DNA of 64,000 nucleotides from Patescibacteria group bacterium (GTDB lineage Bacteria; Patescibacteriota; Dojkabacteria; J137): NCBI GenBank assembly GCA_963169855.1, contig CAUJCN010000001.1, positions 17,828 to 81,827 of the forward strand, read 5' to 3'. Shown piece by piece: positions 20,682 to 30,061 of this stretch (position 1 is its first letter; each line of letters starts with the position of its first letter). The notes under the pieces were generated by a model. It saw only the letters and a program-made list of their open reading frames with translations, ran no database searches and was not told where the DNA came from. The position numbers and the translations under genes were made by a program.

Positions 20682-21044
20682 ATGAGCTACCTACACGAAT
20701 CAGGAGACGAAAGATACTTTACATTTGGAGATTACTCCACAACAACGACTAAACACAAATACGAACCTAAACTACCTCTATCAGCGATTGAGAAGGAAAA
20801 ACAAACATTACATTGGTTTATACAAGAAGCTGCTTGTTCCCCAAATCCAGTATTTGCTCTATCAAAAATTATGACCGACTTTTCTAGTCAACATCTGCTT
20901 CCTAACAGAACTCTATCACCTGAGAATTACGCAATTATGGATTGGTTAGACAAATGGAATCAAGAGTTTATGAGAATTGCTCTTAAAGTTGATGATTTGG
21001 AAGCAGAAACAGCAAAAGATCCAGATTTTCTAAAAGAATCTTAA
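20682..21044 (+). CDS. hypothetical protein
   Basis: 120-aa ORF tightly packed between the paralogs. Confidence 0.4.
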   Translation: MSYLHESGDERYFTFGDYSTTTTKHKYEPKLPLSAIEKEKQTLHWFIQEAACSPNPVFALSKIMTDFSSQHLLPNRTLSPENYAIMDWLDKWNQEFMRIALKVDDLEAETAKDPDFLKES

Positions 21045-21046
21045 AC

Positions 21047-21544
21047 ATGGAAAAGACAACTGACGAAAAAATTAGGCATTTGGACAAACGAATAGAGAAA
21101 AACTTCGAAGAAAACCTTAGAAAAAAAGCTCGTCAGATTTATAGGCAGACTCGTTTGAAGCTGGACTTAAAAAACTTAAGAATGAAAGAAAAGAAGAAAG
21201 AATGGGCTTTTAAAGGATTTTCTGAACATCACAGAATTTACGAGCAGCCTCAGAATGAAGACGAAAAGCAAGAACTACTAACAGCAGAAACACCATTCAC
21301 TATCGATTTAATCAACTCCAAAGACCAAGTTGTTCTTTATCAATGTAAATATCATATTGGAGATGATGGCAAACTAGAAATCGAACCAATCATTCTCGAA
21401 GAAATTGCAGAGCATCTTACAACTGACGGTCAAAAGATATGGATTTCGGAATTCAGCAGAAAAGTTGACGATGGCGATGGAGACTGGCACTGGGAAAGTG
21501 AATTTGGAAATCTAGGATCTAGAGACACTTGGAATGAAGCTTGA
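21047..21544 (+). CDS. hypothetical protein, paralog family member
   Basis: See 14077..14532 and 20189..20677. Confidence 0.45.
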   Translation: MEKTTDEKIRHLDKRIEKNFEENLRKKARQIYRQTRLKLDLKNLRMKEKKKEWAFKGFSEHHRIYEQPQNEDEKQELLTAETPFTIDLINSKDQVVLYQCKYHIGDDGKLEIEPIILEEIAEHLTTDGQKIWISEFSRKVDDGDGDWHWESEFGNLGSRDTWNEA

Positions 21545-21839
21545 TGGTTCATTTACTCTGCTAAAAGAGAAGTAAATTGCAACTCCAACGAACAAACAAG
21601 TTACTGTTGTGTAAAGCAAGTACAAAACTATCAATGAAACAAAAAGTAGTAGATCGGTCTTCTTCATAAATAAATTTTATCACATTGCCGAAACCTTTAT
21701 CTACATAGTAGTATCCACTTATGGATCAAGATGATGTAATTAAAAGACTAGAAAATGATATAGCTCGACTAAATGCCGAAGGTGAGCAATAATGCTTGTT
21801 CAAATTCATTCGCTCAATTAAAATGATTTTACCAACAGT

Positions 21840-22463
21840 ATGGATTTGTTCATAAGAGAGAAAAATTATAGTCAGGAAGATTTAGATAGGCTTCGAATTT
21901 ACGTTGCAAAGAATCTACCTAGAGCAATTGAATCAGAAGATTCAGAGTTTATAAATCAAGTGGCTTTCTACACAGGATACTCTACCTTTACAGAGGAACT
22001 CATAGAATACGGTCCAACAGATAGTGCAATGAAAGATCCTTTTCCTTACGAGGAATATGGTGACTTACTAAATGCTGTTAGAGACTGTAGACGAATAGTT
22101 TGTTTAGAAATTGCTAAACTTCCCTTCGAATCACTAAGTAAACTTAACAGCCTATTAAAAGATAGTAATGCCCGACTCAAAAAATATGAAAACCACGAGG
22201 ATCAGCTAGAGTTTTGTACACAGACAGCGGGAAGAATTGAATGGCTTGTAATAGTCAAAAATACATACTCTATGGATGAAGTTGCCACTGCTGTAGATGA
22301 ATTTTTCAGCAAATTTAATTGGCTAGATGAGAAGCCAATAAAAGCTGGATTAAAGGGATATTATCTCGGGATGCTTATGCTGACTGATAAAAGAGTTATT
22401 CAATATGTAAACGAATGCTTATCCGAGTCGGAGAATAAACTAAAACCTTTAACTGAAATTTAG
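21840..22463 (+). CDS. hypothetical protein
   Basis: 207-aa ORF. Confidence 0.4.
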   Translation: MDLFIREKNYSQEDLDRLRIYVAKNLPRAIESEDSEFINQVAFYTGYSTFTEELIEYGPTDSAMKDPFPYEEYGDLLNAVRDCRRIVCLEIAKLPFESLSKLNSLLKDSNARLKKYENHEDQLEFCTQTAGRIEWLVIVKNTYSMDEVATAVDEFFSKFNWLDEKPIKAGLKGYYLGMLMLTDKRVIQYVNECLSESENKLKPLTEI

Positions 22464-22477
22464 TTACAATAATTCTT

Positions 22478-23044
22478 ATGAAACGACTAATAAACTTCCT
22501 ATTTGAAATCGGAACACTTCGAAAAATCGCACGATCACACAGACAATCATTCCTAACTGATGATCTTTCAGACAACATCGCATCTCATTCGTACAGAGTT
22601 TCAGCAATTGGATACCTTCTTGCAAAACAAGAAAACGCTGATTCTGGAAAAGTATTAAAAATGTGTGTTTTCCACGATATTGGAGAAACAAGAAGTGGAG
22701 ATCAGAATTGGATTAACAAAGGTTATGTTAAAGTTTTCGAAGACGAAATTCTTAATGACCAACTAAAAGATTTGACGCAAGATAACGAGCTTCTTGACTT
22801 GATGAAAGAATATCAGAAAAGAGAATCATTAGAAGCTAAGATTACTAAAGATGCGGATACATTAGATCAACTTCTACTTGAACTCGAATACGCTCAACGA
22901 GGTAACAAGCTTGCACAAGAATGGGCTGATGATACTCTCAATAGAAATTTGTTTACTGAATCTGCAAAGAAATTTCGAGAAGAAATTCTAAAAACAAAAC
23001 CAAGCGATTGGATAATGTATCACGAAGAAAGGAGAACTAACTAA
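22478..23044 (+). CDS. HD-domain phosphohydrolase (YfbR-like 5'-deoxynucleotidase family)
   Basis: HSYRVS ... FHDIGETRSGD ... D: HD-domain metal ligands in YfbR-like spacing. 188 aa. Confidence 0.6.
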   Translation: MKRLINFLFEIGTLRKIARSHRQSFLTDDLSDNIASHSYRVSAIGYLLAKQENADSGKVLKMCVFHDIGETRSGDQNWINKGYVKVFEDEILNDQLKDLTQDNELLDLMKEYQKRESLEAKITKDADTLDQLLLELEYAQRGNKLAQEWADDTLNRNLFTESAKKFREEILKTKPSDWIMYHEERRTN

Positions 23045-23075
23045 GGCTCTTCTTTTTCGATTTCAATTCCTCCTT
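22994..23075. repeat. direct repeat copy A (35-bp identical core acaaaaccaagcgattggataatgtatcacgaaga plus ~45 bp similar tail) matching 24279..24371
   Basis: Seen by eye. Covers the 3' end of the HD gene and the atttcaattcctcctt segment. Confidence 0.7.
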
Positions 23076-23146
23076 CTAGAAAAAAGACCCTTGGAGCAAG
23101 GTTTCAGGAATGGGCTACAACAAAAACTCTGCTCGTTCTAATTGCT

Positions 23147-23716
23147 GTGTTACAAGTAATAATGATTTTGTTGATTATCAATCCAGTATCAATGTTTCAG
23201 CAATTTCAAAATAATCAGTTAATAAACGAAGTAAAGGGAAAAGTAGAGATAACTTCTTCCGAAACTCCAGTAATTGCAACTGTTACTAATGCAGATGAAC
23301 TTAGAAATGCTAATGGAGCTCAAGCCCAGATTTACAAGGATGCAGAGGCAGGAGATTATGTTTTAGGATACTCTGATAGATTGATTATTTATAGAAGATC
23401 TACAGGAACAATAATCTATGACGGAGTTACTCCTTCTGGGTTAGTTAACGAAGCACAAACACGAATCATCGAAACAATAACAACCAAAGCAAAGGACATG
23501 AGAGTTATTTCTGCAAGCTCTACAGAGGTTCCTCAGATTTCTATAATTACAGATGTGGATACTTTAAAGACCAACGATCCAGCATTTTACGCAAATGCAA
23601 AAAACAATGATATCGTTGGATTATTCGCAAGTGCACAAGTTATCGTTCTCTACAGTCAAGAATCGGAGTCCATTATTAACTCTGGAAAATACGCAACTTC
23701 AATTCAACAAATATAG
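23147..23716 (+). CDS. hypothetical protein with N-terminal hydrophobic segment (inside repeat-flanked cassette)
   Basis: 189-aa ORF. Confidence 0.4.
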   Translation: MLQVIMILLIINPVSMFQQFQNNQLINEVKGKVEITSSETPVIATVTNADELRNANGAQAQIYKDAEAGDYVLGYSDRLIIYRRSTGTIIYDGVTPSGLVNEAQTRIIETITTKAKDMRVISASSTEVPQISIITDVDTLKTNDPAFYANAKNNDIVGLFASAQVIVLYSQESESIINSGKYATSIQQI

Positions 23717-23722
23717 AGGGAA

Positions 23723-24070
23723 TTAGCTTTCTCTATTAGATAAGTATTTAGCATTAATACTACCTAACAAAGCATTACCGTCTTTAGTAAGAGATACTTC
23801 TGTATATGCACCTTCATGTTTATCATCAGTTAGTTTTTGTATTTCAGTTCTTAAAAATATAATCTCTTCTGGGAGTAAGTTTTGATCCTCTTGGCTATTC
23901 AAAGTAATGCATCTCTTTAGAAAATCCTCAACCTCTTGATACTGTTGTCTTGTTTTGGGGGAAAATCTATTTCTCACATCTACTAAAAAATACATTCTTC
24001 CTTCAAAATTTAGACCTACAGGCCTAAAACTACCATCATTTCCTCCTAAATTTCTTATTTTACTATCCAT
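23723..24070 (-). CDS. hypothetical protein (inside repeat-flanked cassette)
   Basis: 115-aa ORF. Confidence 0.4.
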   Translation of the reverse strand: MDSKIRNLGGNDGSFRPVGLNFEGRMYFLVDVRNRFSPKTRQQYQEVEDFLKRCITLNSQEDQNLLPEEIIFLRTEIQKLTDDKHEGAYTEVSLTKDGNALLGSINAKYLSNRES

Positions 24071-24278
24071 TCTAAAGTGTTAACAATATATGGCGGCATT
24101 ATACCACATTTAAGAAGTAATTTTAAAGTTTGTTAAATTCACTAGTTAATTCAATTTAACTGATATAATCCATCCAATTATAACTGCCTAAAATGACTGA
24201 CAAGATACAAGAACCTCTTCTGGTCGAAGATTTGTACGAAAAATTAGCTAATCATATAGCTGAATTAGTTTTTAAAAG

Positions 24279-24371
24279 ACAAAACCAAGCGATTGGATAA
24301 TGTATCACGAAGAGAGAAGAAATAATTAAGCTTCTTCTTCTTCTTTTTCTTTTTCTATTTCAATTCCTCCT
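24279..24371. repeat. direct repeat copy B; contains an in-frame remnant of the HD-gene C-terminus (KTKPSDWIMYHEERRNN*)
   Basis: Identical 35-bp core and similar tail. The tail overlaps the 3' end of 24326..24973(-). Confidence 0.7.
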
Positions 24372-24973
24372 TTTAAGTACTCACCTCTTGGAATTACTGC
24401 TTTAATTATTTCGATAACTTGCGCCAAAGTAATATCGCCATCAGGAATATTTAATTCTGATCTCACATTAGCTGAAACCAAGTCACTATTAATTGAAGCA
24501 TATCTTGATGAAAATATTTTCGAACCAGAATACATAGAGTAGAGGAAATCCAGTGTAGCTAACAATCCCATTTCTTCAATATTATCTGTTCCTTTTACGA
24601 ATGACTCAAAATTCACTTCTGAAACTGTTTGAAGATATTCAACAAATTTTTCCAAGTCCTCATGTGGAGTAATAACATCAAAAATATGTGGATTATCTAA
24701 TGCTATGTAGTAAATTCTATCGATAAGATTGTCCGGTTGAACAAAGGTGCCAGGTGCAAACCCATGTAAACTTGCTCTTTGCAAAGAAGCAACTTTACCT
24801 GCTGGCCATGAACCCATATCTGATAAAGATTGTTCAATAATATCTTTAAGTTGGGATTCTAGAGAGCCCATTGTAGTAACTTGTCCTTGAAGTACTACAG
24901 CTGAACCAGGCAATTTGAATCTGATAATTCCATTTTGAGGAACGATGACATTTTCTAACCTTGGTAATTCCAT
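24326..24973 (-). CDS. hypothetical protein (last gene of a 3-gene minus-strand operon)
   Basis: 215 aa, ends in EKEKEEEEA. The operon spacing upstream is 2 bp between 25465-ORF and 25010-ORF and 36 bp between 25010-ORF and this gene. Confidence 0.45.
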   Translation of the reverse strand: MELPRLENVIVPQNGIIRFKLPGSAVVLQGQVTTMGSLESQLKDIIEQSLSDMGSWPAGKVASLQRASLHGFAPGTFVQPDNLIDRIYYIALDNPHIFDVITPHEDLEKFVEYLQTVSEVNFESFVKGTDNIEEMGLLATLDFLYSMYSGSKIFSSRYASINSDLVSANVRSELNIPDGDITLAQVIEIIKAVIPRGEYLKGGIEIEKEKEEEEA

Positions 24974-25009
24974 AGTAAATTTTATAATATGCCCGAGTAT
25001 AGCACACAG

Positions 25010-25462
25010 CTACTGTTCCTCAGGTCCAGTCAGAATTTCAAATTGAACATTGTTATCATCAACAAAAAATGCAACTGTTCGGTTAGTCGATTTAAATCTG
25101 AAGTAACTATTGCTAGCTTCCTTTAGAGTATGAATTACTGAATCTATTTGTTCAATTGCTGTTCTTGTAGCTTTAAAACCTAAGTGCAGTTTTTCTATTT
25201 GAGACTTACATTTCTCAAGACCGTCTACCAAACTATTAATAATATCCGTAAGTTTACATACAAATTTTCCTGGGAGAGTTTGAATGGCACTTGTAGAAAC
25301 TACAGATTCTTCTGGGAAGTATTTAAATGATGTTTGAGGTTTCCCAATTAAGTACAAATTTCGTCCCACCAACGGTGTTAATAAAACTCTAATTCCTACA
25401 AGGTTTATAGTGAGTTTTTGACCTTCGATCTTAAATAGAACCTTTTGCGTCGGAACTTCCAT
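25010..25462 (-). CDS. hypothetical protein
   Basis: 150-aa ORF, 2-bp gap to the upstream gene. Confidence 0.45.
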   Translation of the reverse strand: MEVPTQKVLFKIEGQKLTINLVGIRVLLTPLVGRNLYLIGKPQTSFKYFPEESVVSTSAIQTLPGKFVCKLTDIINSLVDGLEKCKSQIEKLHLGFKATRTAIEQIDSVIHTLKEASNSYFRFKSTNRTVAFFVDDNNVQFEILTGPEEQ

Positions 25463-25464
25463 GT

Positions 25465-25932
25465 TTATTGTTCATCATCATAAATAATTTCGTATTCAAG
25501 ACTATTACGAACATATTCGAAAGATATTTTTCGATTATACATTATTCCTCTTTTACAATATTCTAGCTCGTCTTCCAATTCTTTCATATACTTTTGAGCC
25601 AAACGTAAAACTAAATCCCTATCTCTTGGAGGTATGTGTATATCGATTTCATCAATGTAGATCTGTAAGAAATCTTTAACTGCCTGTACAACTTCCGATC
25701 TTTCGCATACAAATTTAGAGGGATCGGCTTGTTGAATGAGGGTTGAAATTACCAAATGCTGAGGAACGTTATCAAACCATCGTCCATTGTGGCCCAAATC
25801 TCCTACAGATCTTTCGATTATTCTTCCAATCTTAGGTTTAAATGAATTCCAATGAAGGATAAGCTTACCCTCGTGAATTAAGAAGATACGCCCACCTTTC
25901 ATCAATTCTCTTGCATCTGGATTCTCTGGCAT
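25465..25932 (-). CDS. hypothetical protein
   Basis: 155-aa ORF. Confidence 0.45.
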   Translation of the reverse strand: MPENPDARELMKGGRIFLIHEGKLILHWNSFKPKIGRIIERSVGDLGHNGRWFDNVPQHLVISTLIQQADPSKFVCERSEVVQAVKDFLQIYIDEIDIHIPPRDRDLVLRLAQKYMKELEDELEYCKRGIMYNRKISFEYVRNSLEYEIIYDDEQ

Positions 25933-25989
25933 AAGGGAATTCTAGCATTTTTTGCTATAATTTCAGGTATTACCTATCAAAATTCCTGT

Positions 25990-27756
25990 ATGAAAAATAT
26001 TTTTAGAATAATAAAGCTTTCTAAGCCAATGCATCGTTTGATGTACTTAATCATGTTCTTAGTTTTAGTTGGAGTTGCTTTTGATATTGTTACACCTCTG
26101 TTATCCGGAAGAATTTTAGACGAAGTTGTAAAACAAGCAGGTAACGAAAACAAGGTCTTTAATGATTTAGTTGTTTTGCTTGCTATATCGTTCTTCTCAA
26201 CATCAATGTATCTAATTTTAAGGTCAATTGGACAGAGATTAGGAGATCATTTAGCAGGAAGAATGCGAAAGTATTTAACAGAAGTTTTCTACCACAAAGC
26301 TCTTACACTTCCTCAATCATATTATGATTCAGAAGTTTCTGGAAAAATTGTGAACCAATTGAACAGAGGGATTATTTCAATTCAAGAATTTTCTAACACT
26401 CTTACAAACTATATTCTTCCAACTTTTTTACAAGCGATTTTAGTTATAGGAATCTTGGCTTACTACAACATTGCTTTGGCAGGTTTGATGATTTTGATTT
26501 TTCCAATTTATTTAACAATCAGTAGAATTTCTACAAGAAGATGGGGTAAGAGAGAAGAAGTTAAAAACAAAATTGAGGATAGAACAAGAGGCCGAATTCA
26601 AGAAGCAATTGCAAATATAAAACTCGTAAAAGGATTTACAAACGAAAAAAACGAATACGAGCTAGTCTCGAATAACTTAAAAGATATTAATGAAGTTTAT
26701 CGAAAACAAAGTAACGAGTTCCACATTTTCGATTTTCTGAGAGAAATCAGCATGAATGCGATTTTATTCGTAACTACAATCATTATATTCACAAATGCAT
26801 TCCAAGGATTTATCACAGTCGGAACTGTAATCATTCTTATTCAATTAGTAGAAAGAGCAAGACAACCATTGTTTGGAATGTCATACATTTTAGGGGCTAT
26901 CCAGCAAGCTGAATCAGGATCAAAAGAGTTTTTTGAAGTTCTTGCGCTAGAGTCAGTCGAGGATTTCGAAGCTGATCAAGAAGTAGAGAAAGTTTCTAAC
27001 CCAACTATCGAATTCAAAAATGTCGCTTTCAAATACGATACATCAGAAAGTATTCTAGAAGACATTAGTTTTAAAATTCACGAAGGAGAAATGGTAGCCT
27101 TAGTTGGACCATCAGGAGCTGGGAAATCTACAATCGTGAACCTAATTTTAAGATTCTACAAAAACAATTCTGGAGAAATTTCTATAAACGGGAAATCTTA
27201 CAACGAAATTACTCACAACTTTATTAGAAAGAATATCGCTTTGGTCTTCCAAGAGAACGAATTATTCTCTTCAACAATTAAAGAGAATGTAGCTTACGGT
27301 TCAAAAGTTGACGATGAAAAAGTTATCGAAGCATTAAAGCAAGCAAACGCTTGGGACTTCGTTTCGAAGTTATCCGAAGGAATAAACACAGAAGTAGGAG
27401 AGAGAGGAGTTAAACTTTCTGGAGGACAAAGACAAAGAGTTCAGATTGCTAGAGCAATTTATAAAGACGCTCCAATCTTAATTTTAGATGAAGCAACCTC
27501 TAGTTTAGATGCAAAGTCGGAATCAGAAGTTAGCGAGGCAATCGATAATTTAGTAAAGAATAGATTAGTGATTGTAATCGCTCATAGATTTTCTACAATC
27601 CAAAATGCAAGCAAGATTATTGTTCTAAATGATAAGAAGGTGGAGGCAATTGGAACTCCTCAAGAACTTTCAACTCAACCAGGAATTTATTCAGAATTGT
27701 TACAGTATCAGATTGAAGGAAATAAAAAGTTATTAAAGAAGTTTGACCTTTATTGA
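25990..27756 (+). CDS. ABC exporter, fused permease-ATPase (MsbA/type I exporter family)
   Basis: N-terminal 6-TM domain, then Walker A GPSGAGKST, signature LSGGQRQRVQIARA, Walker B ILILDEATS. 588 aa. Confidence 0.85.
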   Translation: MKNIFRIIKLSKPMHRLMYLIMFLVLVGVAFDIVTPLLSGRILDEVVKQAGNENKVFNDLVVLLAISFFSTSMYLILRSIGQRLGDHLAGRMRKYLTEVFYHKALTLPQSYYDSEVSGKIVNQLNRGIISIQEFSNTLTNYILPTFLQAILVIGILAYYNIALAGLMILIFPIYLTISRISTRRWGKREEVKNKIEDRTRGRIQEAIANIKLVKGFTNEKNEYELVSNNLKDINEVYRKQSNEFHIFDFLREISMNAILFVTTIIIFTNAFQGFITVGTVIILIQLVERARQPLFGMSYILGAIQQAESGSKEFFEVLALESVEDFEADQEVEKVSNPTIEFKNVAFKYDTSESILEDISFKIHEGEMVALVGPSGAGKSTIVNLILRFYKNNSGEISINGKSYNEITHNFIRKNIALVFQENELFSSTIKENVAYGSKVDDEKVIEALKQANAWDFVSKLSEGINTEVGERGVKLSGGQRQRVQIARAIYKDAPILILDEATSSLDAKSESEVSEAIDNLVKNRLVIVIAHRFSTIQNASKIIVLNDKKVEAIGTPQELSTQPGIYSELLQYQIEGNKKLLKKFDLY

Positions 27757-27975
27757 GCTTCAATTGACACAGCTGGAAAAGCAAGTGAGACCGTTGTCCC
27801 TTGCTTTTTTCCTGCACTATCAATTTCTACCCCAATCCCAAAATGTTTCATTGAACCAAGTCCAAATCCACTATCTGCTCTAACATCCTTAGGGGATTCT
27901 TTAGCAATGTTGGCACGAATTATCTTTAAACCTCTTTTATTGATTCCTTTTCCATCGTCTTTACACATTATTACA

Positions 27976-28317
27976 ATGCATCCGAGATCAGAATATAGAG
28001 AGGCTAATGATTCCGAATGGAGTAGATCAGAAACTTCTTTGGGTGCTGGAATAGAAGTTGCAGCTGCTGGGCAATACGAAAGTGGAGATGATGAAAATGA
28101 ATCTCACTCTTCTGGAAACGTTGGAGTAGGTGCACAGGCTGGAGTAGAAATACATAACCAATCTGAATCTTATGAAGATGAGAATGAAGACTGGAGTAGT
28201 TCTGAAACTTCAATCGGAGTAGGATTCGAATTAGAAGGAATGTTTAACTCAGAAAATAGTAACGATTCTAACGGAGATAACTTCTTAGATGAATTATTAG
28301 ATTTGGATTTATTCTAG
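27976..28317 (+). CDS. acidic Ser/Gly-rich small protein with internal repeat (SEWSRSETSLGAGIEV / EDWSSSETSIGVGFEL)
   Basis: Start moved to ATG 27976 to avoid overlap with a divergent 72-aa ORF. Low complexity. Confidence 0.35.
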   Translation: MHPRSEYREANDSEWSRSETSLGAGIEVAAAGQYESGDDENESHSSGNVGVGAQAGVEIHNQSESYEDENEDWSSSETSIGVGFELEGMFNSENSNDSNGDNFLDELLDLDLF

Positions 28318-28370
28318 AACCTAATTAGATAAATCCAAAAATGGGCCTCCAGTAGTGCGGTAGGTCCTTT

Positions 28371-29495
28371 TTATAGAGGTTGCTTTCTAACCTCCAAAGC
28401 CTTAGTAAATCTATTATTTACCAAAGTTTGTATTGCCATTTTAAGTTTTGGATCTTTAAGCCCACGATTATAAAACCCCAGGATTTTACAGTATTCTTCT
28501 AGAGATCTGAGGATATTATCTCTAGCGGTTTGAAGATTTGATGTGGCTGCCCTTCTTAAAAATGTAGCCAATTCTTCAGAGTTATTAATCAATTCTTCCC
28601 AATCTCTTAGAATAAGAGTTTTCAAAATGTTTGACGCAATAGTGAATTGATCATCAGATAGTCGTAAATGAAATGGTTCGTGCGAAGGTTTTCTATTAAA
28701 TACTAGTGCTTCGTTAATTAAATCATACGCATCGTCTGAATAATTATTCAAAAGGTTAGGATTTGCAACAACTCTAGGAAGATCCTCCAATTCTTCTGGA
28801 GTCATAACTCCAGTAGATAAAACTGATGTGTAATCAAAAAATCCAAATACAATTTTTTCATCTTCCTTCGATCTATATCCAACATTTCTAAGAATCATAT
28901 CTCCATGAGTTACTCCATGACCGTGAATATACGCCAAAGACTTTAAAAATGGGACAAAAAATAAATCAAAATTCTCTGTAAATAGTCTTGGAACTTGGGC
29001 AAGACTTCGTACATTTTTATCGTAAATACTTAAAATTAGTAACTCAATGAAATTATTTGGACCTAAATCCTTAATATTAAAGCCTGTAGGTGGGAACAAA
29101 TGCTGAACAATCGCAAATTCCTTACCAAGACTTATTACGTAGGAGTAGCCCCTGGCTTCGGTTAAAGCTTCCATTGTATTCAATGAAATTTTCACAAAGA
29201 TCTCTACTGTAAATTCATTAGGTTTAGTGAAATCAACATTTTTGTAGTTTATAAGTCTTCTGGAAAAAATAAAGAAATCTTCTCTTGGAATTTTAAATTT
29301 TGCTTTGAATACACTTACTGGATGAGCGTGATCAGAAATATCAACTGCTCTGGAATCTATTGGAATTAGTTCTAAATCGGCAATTCTTATTTCCCAGTTA
29401 CTGAAAACCATAGACAAAGCTCTTCTAATATTGGATTTTAGCGCATCTTCATAGCTCTCAGGTTGAGAACCTTCTTCAAAAGGTGGTTGATTCAT
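28371..29495 (-). CDS. atypical protein-kinase-like (PKL) fold protein
   Basis: HGHGVTHGDMILRNVGY (HGD..N catalytic loop) and KIVFGFFDYTSV (DFG-equivalent). 374 aa. 12 bp downstream of 29508..29900. Confidence 0.5.
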   Translation of the reverse strand: MNQPPFEEGSQPESYEDALKSNIRRALSMVFSNWEIRIADLELIPIDSRAVDISDHAHPVSVFKAKFKIPREDFFIFSRRLINYKNVDFTKPNEFTVEIFVKISLNTMEALTEARGYSYVISLGKEFAIVQHLFPPTGFNIKDLGPNNFIELLILSIYDKNVRSLAQVPRLFTENFDLFFVPFLKSLAYIHGHGVTHGDMILRNVGYRSKEDEKIVFGFFDYTSVLSTGVMTPEELEDLPRVVANPNLLNNYSDDAYDLINEALVFNRKPSHEPFHLRLSDDQFTIASNILKTLILRDWEELINNSEELATFLRRAATSNLQTARDNILRSLEEYCKILGFYNRGLKDPKLKMAIQTLVNNRFTKALEVRKQPL

Positions 29496-29507
29496 AGGAG
29501 TTATATC

Positions 29508-29900
29508 TTATCGCAAATCGATGAAGAATCCAACAAAGTTATCTTCAGAAGTGAATCTTCCAAATCTTGGGGCAATTCTTTCCCACATTTCTTCGTCGCA
29601 CACTTTTCCTAAAGCTTTTTCAACATCTGTAAATGCTCTCTGCATTGTTCCTTCACCTCCATTGTCATAAAGCCAAGAGTCTTTAAGTGTAGATACTTGC
29701 ATGTACTGAAGTGATGCTGGTACATCCATTGGGGATCTGATTACAAAAGTTACAGCATTTCTTTTACTGAACTCTCTTACAAATCTTTCTAAATATGACA
29801 TATCTCCTTCCTCAAGATGTGGATAATTTAAAGCCTCTAGCTTTTGAGAATCATCCAATAGATCTTCGTATACCTGTCTTCCTGGTAGAGAAAGTGCCAT
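29508..29900 (-). CDS. hypothetical protein, co-transcribed upstream partner of PKL gene
   Basis: 130-aa ORF. Confidence 0.4.
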   Translation of the reverse strand: MALSLPGRQVYEDLLDDSQKLEALNYPHLEEGDMSYLERFVREFSKRNAVTFVIRSPMDVPASLQYMQVSTLKDSWLYDNGGEGTMQRAFTDVEKALGKVCDEEMWERIAPRFGRFTSEDNFVGFFIDLR

Positions 29901-30061
29901 ATTTGTAAATTAACTACTATAATTATACTATGTTTTTCACGAATAGCAATACCTGGACAAGGTTTTGGTCACTTTGCCCATTATAATTGACAGATCAATG
30001 AATTAAGAGATCTAGGAGGATTTAATAAAAATCTGTATAATAACAGTAATTAGCAAAATTT

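Noticed and set aside
22994-24371. Interpreting the repeat-flanked cassette as a complete IS/transposon
   Set aside because: No transposase, integrase or terminal inverted repeats seen. Retained only as an insertion/duplication signature.
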